From: an uncultured Slackia sp. | Lineage (GTDB): Bacteria > Actinomycetota > Coriobacteriia > Coriobacteriales > Eggerthellaceae | Length of the DNA stretch: 64,000 bases | Reading direction: 5' to 3' | NCBI RefSeq assembly: GCF_934630525.1 | Contig: NZ_CAKTVX010000008.1 | Span: 27,442-91,441 of the forward strand | Shown: positions 28,465 to 38,752 of the stretch, in pieces | Layout of the letters: every line of letters starts with the position of its first letter | Numbering within the stretch: the stretch's first letter is position 1 | Notes under the pieces: generated by a model | The model's input: only the letters and a program-made list of their open reading frames with translations | What the model was told of the DNA's origin: nothing | The model's database searches: none | Position numbers and translations under genes: made by a program

Positions 28465-31400
28465 ATGCTGCAGCTTAAAGACGTGTGCAAGTCATACACT
28501 ACGGCCGACTTCACGCAAGTCGCGCTCGACCATGTGTCGCTTGCTTTCCGCGATAATGAATTTGTCGCCATCTTAGGCCCTTCTGGTTCGGGCAAAACGA
28601 CCATGCTCAATATCATCGGCGGGCTCGACCATTACGATTCGGGCGATTTGCTCATCGACGGCATTTCCACCAAGCAATATCGAGATCACGACTGGGACAC
28701 CTATCGAAACAATCGAATCGGTTTCGTCTTCCAGGCATACAACCTCATTCCCCACCAAACCATTCTGGAAAACGTGGAACTGGCCCTCACGCTTTCAGGC
28801 GTGTCGCGTGCAGAGCGACGCGGGCGAGCATGCGCGGCCCTTAAACGCGTCGGCCTTGGCGAGCACGTCAACAAAAAGCCCAGCCAGCTTTCCGGCGGCC
28901 AAATGCAGCGCGTCGCCATCGCGCGCGCCCTGGTCAACGAGCCGGAAATCATTCTGGCCGATGAGCCTACGGGTGCCCTCGACTCGAAAACAAGCGTGCA
29001 AATCATGGATCTGCTCACCGAAATCGCCGGCGACCGCCTGGTAATCATGGTGACGCACAACCCTGAACTGGCCGAACAATACGCTACGCGCATCGTGAAC
29101 CTTGCCGACGGCGTTATCAAAAGCGACACGCGCCCCTTCGACCCCGACGCAAGCAACGAGCCTCGCCGCGAAGCCAAAGCCGCACGCCAAACGAGCATGT
29201 CGTTTTTCACGGCGCTTTCGCTTTCACTCAAGAATTTGCTCACGAAAAAGGGCCGCACGCTCATGACCGCCTTTGCCGGCAGCATCGGCATCATCGGCAT
29301 CGCCGCCATCTTGTCACTCGCGAACGGCGTGAACCAATACATCGCGAACGTCGAAGAAAACACGCTTTCGGAATACCCGCTGCAAATCCAAGACCAGGGC
29401 TTCGACATGACCAGCATGATGACGATGGGCATGGGCGGCGCGGGCGCCGACGATTCTGCCGCCACCACCGACGCGCAAACGAGAGACGCGGACGCTGCGG
29501 GCAATTCAGACAAGCCGGTGCATGAGTCAAAGATGATCACGCGCATGTTCTCGAGCATCGGGAGCAATGACCTCGCATCGCTGAAGGAATATTTCGACAA
29601 CGGCGGCACCGACATCGGCAACTACGTGAATTCAATCGAATACGGCTATAGCGTTACTCCGCAGATTTTCAATTCAAACACCGACGACGGCGTACACCAG
29701 GTAAACCCCGATAAATCGTTCGCGAGCGTGGGATTAGGCGCATCGAGCAACGGCATCATGTCGTCGATGATGAGCACGAATATCTTCTACAAGCTGCCCG
29801 CGAACATGAACCAGGTCGATAGCCAATATGACGTCGTCGCAGGCCACTGGCCCGAAAATTACAACGAGGTCGTGGCAGTGCTCACGCCGAACGGCAACGT
29901 GAGCGATTTTATGCTGTACTCCATGGGCTTGCGCGACCATAAGGAACTCGAAGAAATGGTACGCGAATTCGCTAACGAGGAAGAAGTGCAGGTACCCGAC
30001 GGCACACTCGACCTCGACTACGACGATCTTACGAACGTGGAGTTCAAGCTCGTTAATGGCGCCGATTTTTATCAGTACGACAGCGATTACCAGGTTTGGA
30101 AAGACAAGAGCGGCGATGCCGACTATATGAAAAGCTTGGTTGACAATGGCGAAACGCTAAAGGTGTGCGGCGTGGTGAAGCCGAAAGAGGGCCAGAAGAT
30201 TACTTCGCTTTCAACAGGCCTGTATTACTCGAACGATTTGATCAACCACCTCATTGACGAGGCGGGCGATAAGCAAATCGTAAAAGACCAGCAGGCAAAC
30301 CCCACAACCAATGTGATTACAGGCAAATCGTTCGCTGAAGAAGAGGATGAAGCGAAAGATGGCAATGGGTTCGATATGTCGAGCCTGTTCACAATTGACG
30401 GCGAAAAGCTACAGAGTGCGTTCACATTTGACGAAAGCGCGCTGGCCGCAGGCCTCTCGAACGCCGACCTCTCGAGCAGCATGGATTTGTCGGGGGCCAA
30501 TATCGACTTGTCAAGCATGCCGGCCTTTGACGCTTCGGGCATTCAAATCGACCCGAGCAAGATTGACATGAGCCAGCTGAATTTGGACTTCAGCAACATC
30601 AAGCTCAACCTCGATGGCGCCCAGCCCGATATTAAAATCGACGTTCTTACCCAGGGCATTATGAATATCATGGAGGCGTACCCCTCTTGGCTCCAGGAGC
30701 AAATCAAGGACCACCCCGAATACGATACCAATCAAAATGCGGCAGTCGAGGCATACCTCGCAGACCCCGCCACGAAAGCCGCCATGCAGAAGGTCATTGC
30801 CGACAGCATCGATTTCAGCGGCGTGAGCGAGCAAATCCAACAGCAGCTGCAAGAGCAGCTTTCACAACAACTGCAAGCACAGCTTTTGCCCGCACTTTCT
30901 GCAGCTATTTCGCAGCAGCTGCAAGAGCAACTTTCCGCCGCTATGCAGTCGTATATGCAAACAGCAATGACGCAGGTCATGATGCAATACGGAACAGCGA
31001 TTCAAAACCAAGTCTCATCCGCGATGACCGCCTATATGTCCACCCTTTCGGCAAATATGTCAAAAGCTATGGGCATTAACGAAAGCGCCTTCGCCGACGC
31101 ATTCCAAATGAACATGAGCGAGCAGGAGCTTTCCGAACTCATGGCGAGCCTCATGTCGACCGAGCAGAGCAGCTACGATAACAACATGAAGAAATTCGGC
31201 TGGGCCGATTACTCGAAGCCGGCAAGCATCGACATTTACCCGAAGGATTTCGAAAGCAAGCAAAGCGTGATTGATATCCTCGACGGCTACAACGACAAGA
31301 TGAATGCCGCCGGCGACGAAGATAAAGTCGTGAGCTATACCGACATCGTAGGCGCGCTCATGAGCAGCGTGACCACAATCGTGAATATGATCAGCTACGT

Positions 31401-31791
31401 GTTGGTGGCGTTCGTCGCGATTTCCCTCGTGGTGAGCTCAATTATGATTGGCATCATCACCTACATCAGCGTGCTTGAACGCAAGAAAGAAATTGGCATT
31501 TTGCGCTCCATTGGTGCGAGCAAGGGCGATGTCAGCCGCATATTCAACGCCGAAACCTTTATCGTCGGCTTCACCGCGGGCATTATCGGCATCGCTCTTA
31601 CAGCCTTGGCCTGCATTCCCGCAAATGCAATTGTGTACTCGTTATTTGACGTGGAAAACGTCGCGATTCTGCCGTGGCAGGCCGCAATTGCCCTGGTTGG
31701 CATAAGCGTGCTGCTCACATTCTTGGCAGGCCTCATTCCTTCAAGCGCAGCGGCGAAAAAAGACCCGGTCGAAGCTCTGAGAAGCGAATAA
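28465..31791 (+). CDS. Fused ABC transporter ATP-binding domain plus FtsX/MacB-type permease with a very large extracytoplasmic domain (1108 aa)
   Basis: The N-terminus carries Walker [10 protein letters not shown], the signature LSGGQMQR and Walker B ILADEPT. One TM helix lies around aa 270-295, followed by about 680 aa of hydrophilic sequence that includes a Gln-rich repeat ([15 protein letters not shown]...QQLQEQL). Three C-terminal TM helices of FtsX type follow ([14 protein letters not shown]). Confidence 0.85.
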   Translation: MLQLKDVCKSYTTADFTQVALDHVSLAFRDNEFVAILGPSGSGKTTMLNIIGGLDHYDSGDLLIDGISTKQYRDHDWDTYRNNRIGFVFQAYNLIPHQTILENVELALTLSGVSRAERRGRACAALKRVGLGEHVNKKPSQLSGGQMQRVAIARALVNEPEIILADEPTGALDSKTSVQIMDLLTEIAGDRLVIMVTHNPELAEQYATRIVNLADGVIKSDTRPFDPDASNEPRREAKAARQTSMSFFTALSLSLKNLLTKKGRTLMTAFAGSIGIIGIAAILSLANGVNQYIANVEENTLSEYPLQIQDQGFDMTSMMTMGMGGAGADDSAATTDAQTRDADAAGNSDKPVHESKMITRMFSSIGSNDLASLKEYFDNGGTDIGNYVNSIEYGYSVTPQIFNSNTDDGVHQVNPDKSFASVGLGASSNGIMSSMMSTNIFYKLPANMNQVDSQYDVVAGHWPENYNEVVAVLTPNGNVSDFMLYSMGLRDHKELEEMVREFANEEEVQVPDGTLDLDYDDLTNVEFKLVNGADFYQYDSDYQVWKDKSGDADYMKSLVDNGETLKVCGVVKPKEGQKITSLSTGLYYSNDLINHLIDEAGDKQIVKDQQANPTTNVITGKSFAEEEDEAKDGNGFDMSSLFTIDGEKLQSAFTFDESALAAGLSNADLSSSMDLSGANIDLSSMPAFDASGIQIDPSKIDMSQLNLDFSNIKLNLDGAQPDIKIDVLTQGIMNIMEAYPSWLQEQIKDHPEYDTNQNAAVEAYLADPATKAAMQKVIADSIDFSGVSEQIQQQLQEQLSQQLQAQLLPALSAAISQQLQEQLSAAMQSYMQTAMTQVMMQYGTAIQNQVSSAMTAYMSTLSANMSKAMGINESAFADAFQMNMSEQELSELMASLMSTEQSSYDNNMKKFGWADYSKPASIDIYPKDFESKQSVIDILDGYNDKMNAAGDEDKVVSYTDIVGALMSSVTTIVNMISYVLVAFVAISLVVSSIMIGIITYISVLERKKEIGILRSIGASKGDVSRIFNAETFIVGFTAGIIGIALTALACIPANAIVYSLFDVENVAILPWQAAIALVGISVLLTFLAGLIPSSAAAKKDPVEALRSE

Positions 31792-31974
31792 GGAAGCGAC
31801 GGGGGCTTCCCCAACAACCGCTAAAAGCAAGAAGCTCGTAACTACCACAGCTGCGAGCTTCCTAGCGACTATTTGAAAGAGAAGGTGCGATAACCCTGCT
31901 TCGTGCGCTTTAAGACGACCCTCAATCCCCTTGTTGCTGCAGAAGGGGATCGAGGGTCGTCTGTTAAATGATCA

Positions 31975-33639
31975 CTAGGCAAGACCCAGATCCTTGCAAG
32001 CTGCGTTCGCAGCAACATATCCCGTCGTGCAAGCAGCACCCTGCCCCGATCCTCCATGCAGCCCATAGGGATAGTCGTTAAACTGCATGGAACCGTTATC
32101 GATGCCGCACACAAACAAGCCTTTGATGGGGAGATCGTCGTGTCCGATCGCCCGCGCCTCATGATCTCCTCGCACGCCGCCACAGGTGCTATAGGCGCAA
32201 GCCTCGACCTGAACCGCATAAAATGGCTTCTTTTCTAGAGGAGTCATGAGCGCGGGGTCGGCTCCAAAGGGGTCATGAGAGCCGTCCCCCTTCGCTCTAT
32301 TATTGTAATCTTCCATCGTTGCAGCCAATGCTTCCGAGTCAACCCCCATAAGCTCGGCAAGCTCCTCGAAGCTATCGGCCTTCCAAACAAAGTCGCTGCC
32401 TTCAACCAAGGATCGGAACTCTCCGCTCCCAACACCCATGAAGGCAACGAACTCATTGAGTTTATCCTCGCCCTCGTAGGCTTCAACATGCGCCTCATCG
32501 AACAAGGTAAAGACCTTCGACTGAGAAGCGATTGCCGTGTTGAGGCGGGAGGTGTCGGCGTCTTCTGCAAGTGTCTCGTTATAAAAGCGCACGCCGCTCT
32601 GATTGACCATGGGGAGCGTTTTGCCTATTTCTAGCGGATACCGATAAGAGGGCGGCCACTGAGTGAAAATCGACAGCATGCTACTCCAACTTTCTCCGCA
32701 CGCCTTCGAAAGTCCGTACATTACCGCAGACGGCGCCTGGGGAAGCGCGCCTGCCGTCAGCGCCATATTGATTCCGTCGCCATCTTGACCATCGAACCCC
32801 AGAAATACAACTCGTTCACTAGGAACGCGAAGCCGCTCGGCGCACATTTCCGGGTTTTTCCCGAATCCACCCGTAGCGAGCACCGTCGCTTTGGCATTAA
32901 TGCGCACGAGATCGCCGCCGCTTTTTGCGTAGACACCCCCAACTCCCTCATTGTCGAGAATGATATTCACGGCAGGAGACTCTAGGCGAAAATCCAAATT
33001 ATCGAGCGTCTCCCCATAGGCCCAAAGCGGCTTGAGCATACCCTCGCCGTTGTTTACCCAATTGCCTGCCTCGTCAAAGCAGCTCAGAAGGGCACCCTGG
33101 CCACCAGTTGACATCGAAGCCCCATGGCTTATGGCCCAATCGAGGGCTTCTCCAGAATTGTCCAGGTAGCACCAAATCCCTGGTGCATAAGCACCCCAAT
33201 TGTGCCACTGCATGTAAGTTTCGAACTCGGTCTGCAAGTCTGTGGGCCCCTGCGCATCAAGCTGCTCTTGAGTGTTGTACGCAAGCGTACCCTCCGTTAT
33301 CGTTGAAGTTCCTCCCTTGAGACTTGTCTTCTCAAGCCAGATTACACGAGCACCAAGCTCAGCTGCTCTAATGGCGGCATAGGTTCCAGCGGATCCTGAG
33401 CCGCACACTACGACATCGCACTCCTCCGTGCGGACCACATCCCCTTCATCCACTTCGACAAGCCGCGAAGAAAGAGGGCGATCTGCGCCCTTATGCGTAC
33501 TGGTGCCCGATGCGTCGGTATCAGTCGACGGCAGGCCACCATTTGAAGGAGCGCATCCCGCGAGGCCGACTGCTGCCATGCTCGCACCAAATACTCCACC
33601 CCCAACAATAAAATCTCTGCGCGATATCGCCTTGTCCAT
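31975..33639 (-). CDS. Tat-exported lipoprotein FAD-dependent oxidoreductase (second flavin reductase paralogue)
   Basis: 554 aa with a twin-arginine signal (SRRDFIVGGGVFGASMAAVGLAGC, including a lipobox) and the FAD fold VVVCGSGSAGTYAAIRAAELGARVIWLE. Confidence 0.75.
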   Translation of the reverse strand: MDKAISRRDFIVGGGVFGASMAAVGLAGCAPSNGGLPSTDTDASGTSTHKGADRPLSSRLVEVDEGDVVRTEECDVVVCGSGSAGTYAAIRAAELGARVIWLEKTSLKGGTSTITEGTLAYNTQEQLDAQGPTDLQTEFETYMQWHNWGAYAPGIWCYLDNSGEALDWAISHGASMSTGGQGALLSCFDEAGNWVNNGEGMLKPLWAYGETLDNLDFRLESPAVNIILDNEGVGGVYAKSGGDLVRINAKATVLATGGFGKNPEMCAERLRVPSERVVFLGFDGQDGDGINMALTAGALPQAPSAVMYGLSKACGESWSSMLSIFTQWPPSYRYPLEIGKTLPMVNQSGVRFYNETLAEDADTSRLNTAIASQSKVFTLFDEAHVEAYEGEDKLNEFVAFMGVGSGEFRSLVEGSDFVWKADSFEELAELMGVDSEALAATMEDYNNRAKGDGSHDPFGADPALMTPLEKKPFYAVQVEACAYSTCGGVRGDHEARAIGHDDLPIKGLFVCGIDNGSMQFNDYPYGLHGGSGQGAACTTGYVAANAACKDLGLA

Positions 33640-33952
33640 TTTTGATCCTCCTCTTTCCTAACTGAGTTATTGCATGTGCGATTTTGGGCTCATGGACCAT
33701 CGCCCAACTCGTCTATCGACAAAACGTTGACGGCGCCTATTCGAAATCGCACTTACGTATGAAAACGCAGGTATTGGATTTTGAGGATGCAGATTGAGGT
33801 TGATTGCAGGCAAGGAAGGATTGAAAAAACGGTTGATGAAGCGCATTGCGCACTTCAAGCTATTCCTCGCCTCCGCACTCCACTTCCTCAAAGTGCGATT
33901 ACCTCGGGTTTTCCAGGCTTAATCGGTATAAAATAGACCGAGAGGCAGTTCT

Positions 33953-35421
33953 ATGATGCGAAACCATTCGGGGGGGTCGAGCGTGGCCAAGGCGGTGACG
34001 GTAAATCAGATTCGCAACGTGCCTTTTGCTCTCGCTCTGGCTTTTGCTTGCGCTTGGATGCTCGACCCTTCTGCTGCAATTCCGGCAGGATTCGCTTCAC
34101 TCGTATCCTTTTCCCAATATTCCCATCTCCTTGTAACGTCGCTCGCATTCGGCGTCTTGGCCCTGTTTCACCGCCAAGCCAGCACTTTCCTCAGCAGTAA
34201 AGCGTTCGTTGTTGCCTCCTGCTCACTGTGCTTTCTCGGTTTTTTTGGCGCCTGGGCGTGCTCATTGCAGCCGGAAACTTTCCAGGGAGTTCTACCCTTC
34301 GCTTGTCTTTGCGTAACGGCGCTCTGCCGAGCCTCTCTGCTCATCTCGTGCCTCAAGGCGCTTGCGGGGCTCCCCCTCGTCGACTGCCTTTTAACGCTCA
34401 TTGCTTGGCAGTTTTTTTGTAGGCATACTGCGGGCACTCTCCACTTTGCTTCCGCCACTTGCCATATCCTGTATTGCGCCCCTCGCAATCGCCCTCTGCC
34501 TCACGAGAAAAACCTCTATTGCGCTCTAGCGCGAAAACCCTACGGCTACTTCGCCCTCAGAAGAGGCCGGCAAAATTGAGCCGCGCAGTTTCTTTCTCAT
34601 TGCGCGCTTGCTGCTCATTTATTCGCTTATCATCTTCACCATTCAAACGCTACAAGGCTTTGCCCCCACGCCCGTAGCTAGTGTTTCCTACTTCGGGCTC
34701 TTTATCGCCATTGCGGTTACCTCAATCGCCCTCGCGGTAAACGGAAGAATCGTTCGCATCAAGCAGCTCTATGACGCATCGCTCGCCATTCTGGAATTGG
34801 CAATCATAGTTTTCGCTATAGGAGCTGGGTGTTCCTACGAAATTGCTTCGATTCTTCTCGATGCCTCCTATATGACTTTTTCGACATTCTTCTTCACCAT
34901 ACTGTGCAATCTCTGCCAAAGAAGAGGAAAACCCAGTCTTTGTTTTCTCGCTTGCCTATCTTGCAGAGCAACTCGCCGCTTTTCTAGGAGAAGCTTTCTC
35001 GGGCATGATAGGGCCTGGCGTGCATGCGTTGCCCCTCGTCCTACTCGCAGGATTAGGAGCCATTGCGTTCGTCTATCTTTCTCCTCTCAGAGATGGAAGT
35101 CTCGAGAGGAGCACCGATCCAGCAAAGGCGCAGTACGTCGATCCGGCACGTTATTACACCATACTCGCCGAAACCTGCACATCGGTCGCCATGCAGTGCT
35201 CTCTGACTAAGCGCGAGGGAGACGTACTCCTTCTCCTCGCCCAGAGAAAAACGTTAGCGCAAATTAGCGACTATCTGGTGGTAGGCCTCGCTACGGTGAA
35301 GACCCACACTCACAACATTTATAAAAAACTGGATGTCCACAGCAAACAGGAGCTGTACCAGTTTCTTGGCCTGGAAAACCTATCCTATTCCGCCAAATCC
35401 TCCACGAAGCCCACGCGGTAG
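33953..35421 (+). pseudogene. Membrane-anchored LuxR-family transcriptional regulator, disrupted (two or more frameshifts and one in-frame stop)
   Basis: The multi-TM N-terminal region is spread over three reading frames (ORFs 33953.., 34608.., 35005..). The frame switches at the T7 run 34412-34418. There is a TAG at 34527-34529, and a second shift near 34900-34925. The C-terminal LuxR HTH is intact (LTKREGDVLLLLAQRKTLAQISDYLVVGLATVKTHTHNIYKKL). Confidence 0.65.
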
Positions 35422-35858
35422 TTCTTGAAGATGACCTCGCCTTCCTCCTGGGTGGCGTCCAGGTTCACGTCAGCCTCGATGCGGAAGTCGCCGTCGGCGT
35501 TCTCGTCCAGGAAGATCTGGCGCACATGCCAGAGGTGCTGTTCGGCTTCGGGGCTCTCGTCGATGGAGAGGTAGGCGGCCGACCGCGCGTCACCGTCCAG
35601 GCGACTCTCGTTGTGCTCGGCGAAGTAGTCGTCGAGCGCCGCCTCCCAGGCGCGCTCGCCGTGGCCCCAGTTCTCGTCCAGGTTCCCCAGCTCGCGGGTG
35701 TGTTCCAGGGCGGCCAGGCGCACGCGGGCGAAGAGCGCCTTGATGGGGGCGGTGTAGTAGGCGGTGCGCCCCGTGGCATGAGGAATAATCGAACAGAAAG
35801 CGTTTCCGCAGGTAAAAGATGCGAAACACTTGCAAACCGCGTTGTTTCTTGGTGACAT
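35385..35858 (-). pseudogene. Remnant of a DEAD/DEAH-box helicase with a DUF3516-type C-terminus (internally deleted fragment, foreign composition)
   Basis: A Ski2-like motif Ia (YYTAPIKAL) is joined directly to a C-terminal tail (WGHGERAWEAALDDYFAEH...LWHVRQIFLDENADGDFRIEADVNLDA) that resembles the ends of actinobacterial DUF3516 helicases, as I recall them. The 35385 to about 35780 segment has very G/C-rich third codon positions, unlike its neighbours. Confidence 0.5.
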
Positions 35859-36098
35859 TCTTTGTCGTCGATGACGCCATTTTTCTGTAATACAAGCAGT
35901 TTATTTGAGCGTAAAACCAAAAGGAGAACCCTCTTGAGCTGGTGTTTTCAGGAGGGTTCTGTTTGTCACAAACCGATACGTTATTGTATCGCTATCTATT
36001 CCCGCTCAATAAGAAAGGGTGGCAGATTACCCAGCCACCCCATAGCGCTCATTTTCGCCGCGCCCCATATGAGCCCGTTAAGTATAATGGCGCATCGT

Positions 36099-37166
36099 TT
36101 AGTCGGCATACCCGTTCGGGTTCATCAACTGCCAACGCCACGAATCGGCGCACATGCGATCGAGGTCGTATTCCGCAACCCAACCGAACACGTCTTTGGC
36201 CTTCTGCGGGTCGGCGTAATTTTCCGCAACATCGCCAGCGCGGCGCGGCTGAATATCGACCGGGAGCTCTCGACCGCACGCACGACTGAACGCGGCCACC
36301 ACATCGAGCACGCTCGAACCTTTACCAGTGCCGAGGTTCACGACTTCGACGCCCGTCTTGCCATCCATCCAGTTGAGCGCCGCAACATGGCCGCGTGCCA
36401 GGTCGACTACATGGATGTAATCGCGCACGCCCGTGCCATCGGGCGTGGGATAGTCATTGCCAAACACGCGAACGGCCTTCATTTTGCCAATCGCGACCTG
36501 TGCGACATACGGCACGAGGTTGTTGGGGATACCCTTCGGGTCTTCACCGATAAGGCCGCTTTCGTGCGCGCCAATGGGATTGAAGTAACGAAGCAACACG
36601 ACATCCCATTCGAGGTCGGCGGTGTGCAAGTCGGTAAGAATCTGCTCGATCATCCACTTCGTCCAACCGTAAGGGTTGGTGGCCGGCTTCTTTTCCGCAG
36701 CTTCGCTCAAAGGCACGCTATCGGGCTCGCCATACACCGTTGCGCTCGAGCTGAACACAATGCGCTTGCAGTCATGCTTGCGCATAACGTCGCACAGAAT
36801 GAGCGTGTTGGTGATGTTGTTGTAGTAATACTCGAGCGGCTTTTCGACGCTCTCGCCCACAGCCTTGAAGCCCGCGAAGTGAATAACGCCGTAAATATCG
36901 TTTTCAGCGAAGATGCGCTCGAGCGCGTCGCGATTGAGCACGTTGTCCTCATAGAACTTCATGCGCTCGGAAGCACCCGCCGGAGCTTTGCCGTCAGCTT
37001 CCGCCTGCTTCACAATTTGAGCGATGCGATTAACGGCCTTCTCGCAGGAATTCGACAGGTCGTCGATAATGACCACGCCATAGCCAGCCTGGAGCAGCTC
37101 AACGCACGTATGGCTGCCAATGAAGCCAGCGCCGCCGGTGACCAGGATGTTCTTAATATCAGACAT
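36099..37166 (-). CDS. galE: UDP-glucose 4-epimerase
   Basis: I trimmed to MSDIKNILVTGGAGFIGSH. The YxxxK context is present. This gives 355 aa. Confidence 0.9.
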   Translation of the reverse strand: MSDIKNILVTGGAGFIGSHTCVELLQAGYGVVIIDDLSNSCEKAVNRIAQIVKQAEADGKAPAGASERMKFYEDNVLNRDALERIFAENDIYGVIHFAGFKAVGESVEKPLEYYYNNITNTLILCDVMRKHDCKRIVFSSSATVYGEPDSVPLSEAAEKKPATNPYGWTKWMIEQILTDLHTADLEWDVVLLRYFNPIGAHESGLIGEDPKGIPNNLVPYVAQVAIGKMKAVRVFGNDYPTPDGTGVRDYIHVVDLARGHVAALNWMDGKTGVEVVNLGTGKGSSVLDVVAAFSRACGRELPVDIQPRRAGDVAENYADPQKAKDVFGWVAEYDLDRMCADSWRWQLMNPNGYAD

Positions 37167-37310
37167 ATATGTCCCCTTCTTGGTTGGAAACCGCCGAGCG
37201 AAACCGCGCGACGGCATTACGCACAACCACCTCGATACGCGAGATTGTGAACGACGTTATTCTACACCGCATTTGAGGGAGCGACCCCTATCCACGGGAA
37301 ACCCGTTCCA

Positions 37311-38483
37311 CTATGCGGAACGCTGTTCCAAGGTTTGGACAAAGGCCGCCAAGCGGTTCAGGCCTTCTTCGAGATTCTCCATGCTGCAACAATACGACAG
37401 GCGCACAAATCCTTCGGCGGCAAAGCAAGAGCCCGGCACAAGCGCAACGCCCTTCTCCGCGATGAGGCGCGTGCAGAATTCATCCGAAGACATGCCGAAT
37501 TTCTCGATAGAGGGGAACACATAGAAGGCGCCATCAGGCTCGACGACATCCAAGCCGATTTCCTTCAAGCGCGCGAGCACGTAGTTACGGCGGCCGCGAT
37601 ACACTTCCCGCGCCGGCGCAACGTCTTCTTTCAACGCCCGAATCGCCGCGCGCTGCACGAACGAAGGAACCGACGACACCATGTACTGGTGCATTTTCGC
37701 GATTTGCGCCGAAATCGGAGCATCGGCCGCAACCCAACCAAGACGCCAGCCGGTCATGGCGTAAGGCTTCGAAAAACTGTCGCACACGATGATGCGATCG
37801 CGCAGTTCGCCATAGCAGCTCGCAAGGCCAAGGTGTATGCCTTCGTCACTCTTGTATACACCCTCATAGACAAGGCTCGTGTACACATCGTCGCAGATAA
37901 CGAACACGTCGTGCGCCTTGGCGAATTTCGCAACCGCATCCAAGGAACGCGGGTTGAGCACACAGCCTGTGGGATTGTTCGGGGACGTAAGCACGATTGC
38001 CTTCGTGCAATCGGTAGCGACTGCCTCGAGCTGCTCCAACGTGAGCTGGAATTTCGTTGGGCGCGTATCGACAGGAACGAACGTCGCACGATTCACCGCG
38101 ATGATTGACTCATATAAGCCAAACGCAGGCGTGGGAACAATTACCTCATCGCCAGAATTCAGAATGCTCGAAAGAGCCGCGAACAACGCTTCGGTTGCAC
38201 CGCAAGTCACGACGATTTCGTCTTCGCCGTAAGCGAGATTGCGCTTTTCCATATGAGCCGAAATCGCACGCCTCAATTCCACCGTACCGTTGTTGGGCGG
38301 ATAGTGCGTTTCGTTTGCGGCAAGGGACTTCGCAACTTCCTCCTTCACGGCATCGGCGGTATTGCCGTCGGGTTCGCCGAGCGTAAGCAAAATGCACCCA
38401 GGCGTCTGCTTCGCAAACGCCGTAATGCGGCGAATACCCGAAGGTTGCAGCTGCGCAAGCGCGGTATTGGTGGTCAGGGCCAT
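37311..38483 (-). CDS. Class I PLP aminotransferase, PatA-like (candidate N-acetyl-LL-DAP aminotransferase)
   Basis: 390 aa with SGIRR, the SKPYAMTGWRLG PLP-Lys motif, and a C-terminal block (LDVVEPDGAFYVFPSIEKFGMSS...GVALVPGSCF...VRLSY) that closely resembles B. subtilis PatA as I recall it. Confidence 0.7.
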   Translation of the reverse strand: MALTTNTALAQLQPSGIRRITAFAKQTPGCILLTLGEPDGNTADAVKEEVAKSLAANETHYPPNNGTVELRRAISAHMEKRNLAYGEDEIVVTCGATEALFAALSSILNSGDEVIVPTPAFGLYESIIAVNRATFVPVDTRPTKFQLTLEQLEAVATDCTKAIVLTSPNNPTGCVLNPRSLDAVAKFAKAHDVFVICDDVYTSLVYEGVYKSDEGIHLGLASCYGELRDRIIVCDSFSKPYAMTGWRLGWVAADAPISAQIAKMHQYMVSSVPSFVQRAAIRALKEDVAPAREVYRGRRNYVLARLKEIGLDVVEPDGAFYVFPSIEKFGMSSDEFCTRLIAEKGVALVPGSCFAAEGFVRLSYCCSMENLEEGLNRLAAFVQTLEQRSA

Positions 38484-38592
38484 AAGATTCCTTCCGTACG
38501 CACATCTTCCAGCATTGTACGCGCCCTTTCCGCAGACGCGACGAAGCCTTAAGAAAGAAATAGGCCGCCGAAGCGGCCTTTCTGGCAGAGAA

Positions 38593-38724
38593 TTGCGGTT
38601 GTGAACGGTTGTTTTGGCGCTCTCGCATTCTCCTTAAATAGCAACACTGGTTTGACCTGGGGTTATGCGAAATGCTTTTCAGAACACCCGCTATATCGAG
38701 CGCTTGAATCGTTCACAACCGCAA
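38593..38724. repeat. Perfect 15-bp inverted repeat flanking 102 nt in the citrate synthase/aminotransferase spacer
   Basis: ttgcggttgtgaacg (38593-38607) and cgttcacaaccgcaa (38710-38724). Confidence 0.8.
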
Positions 38725-38752
38725 ATTCGTGCCAAAATTCAGCAAAACGGGA

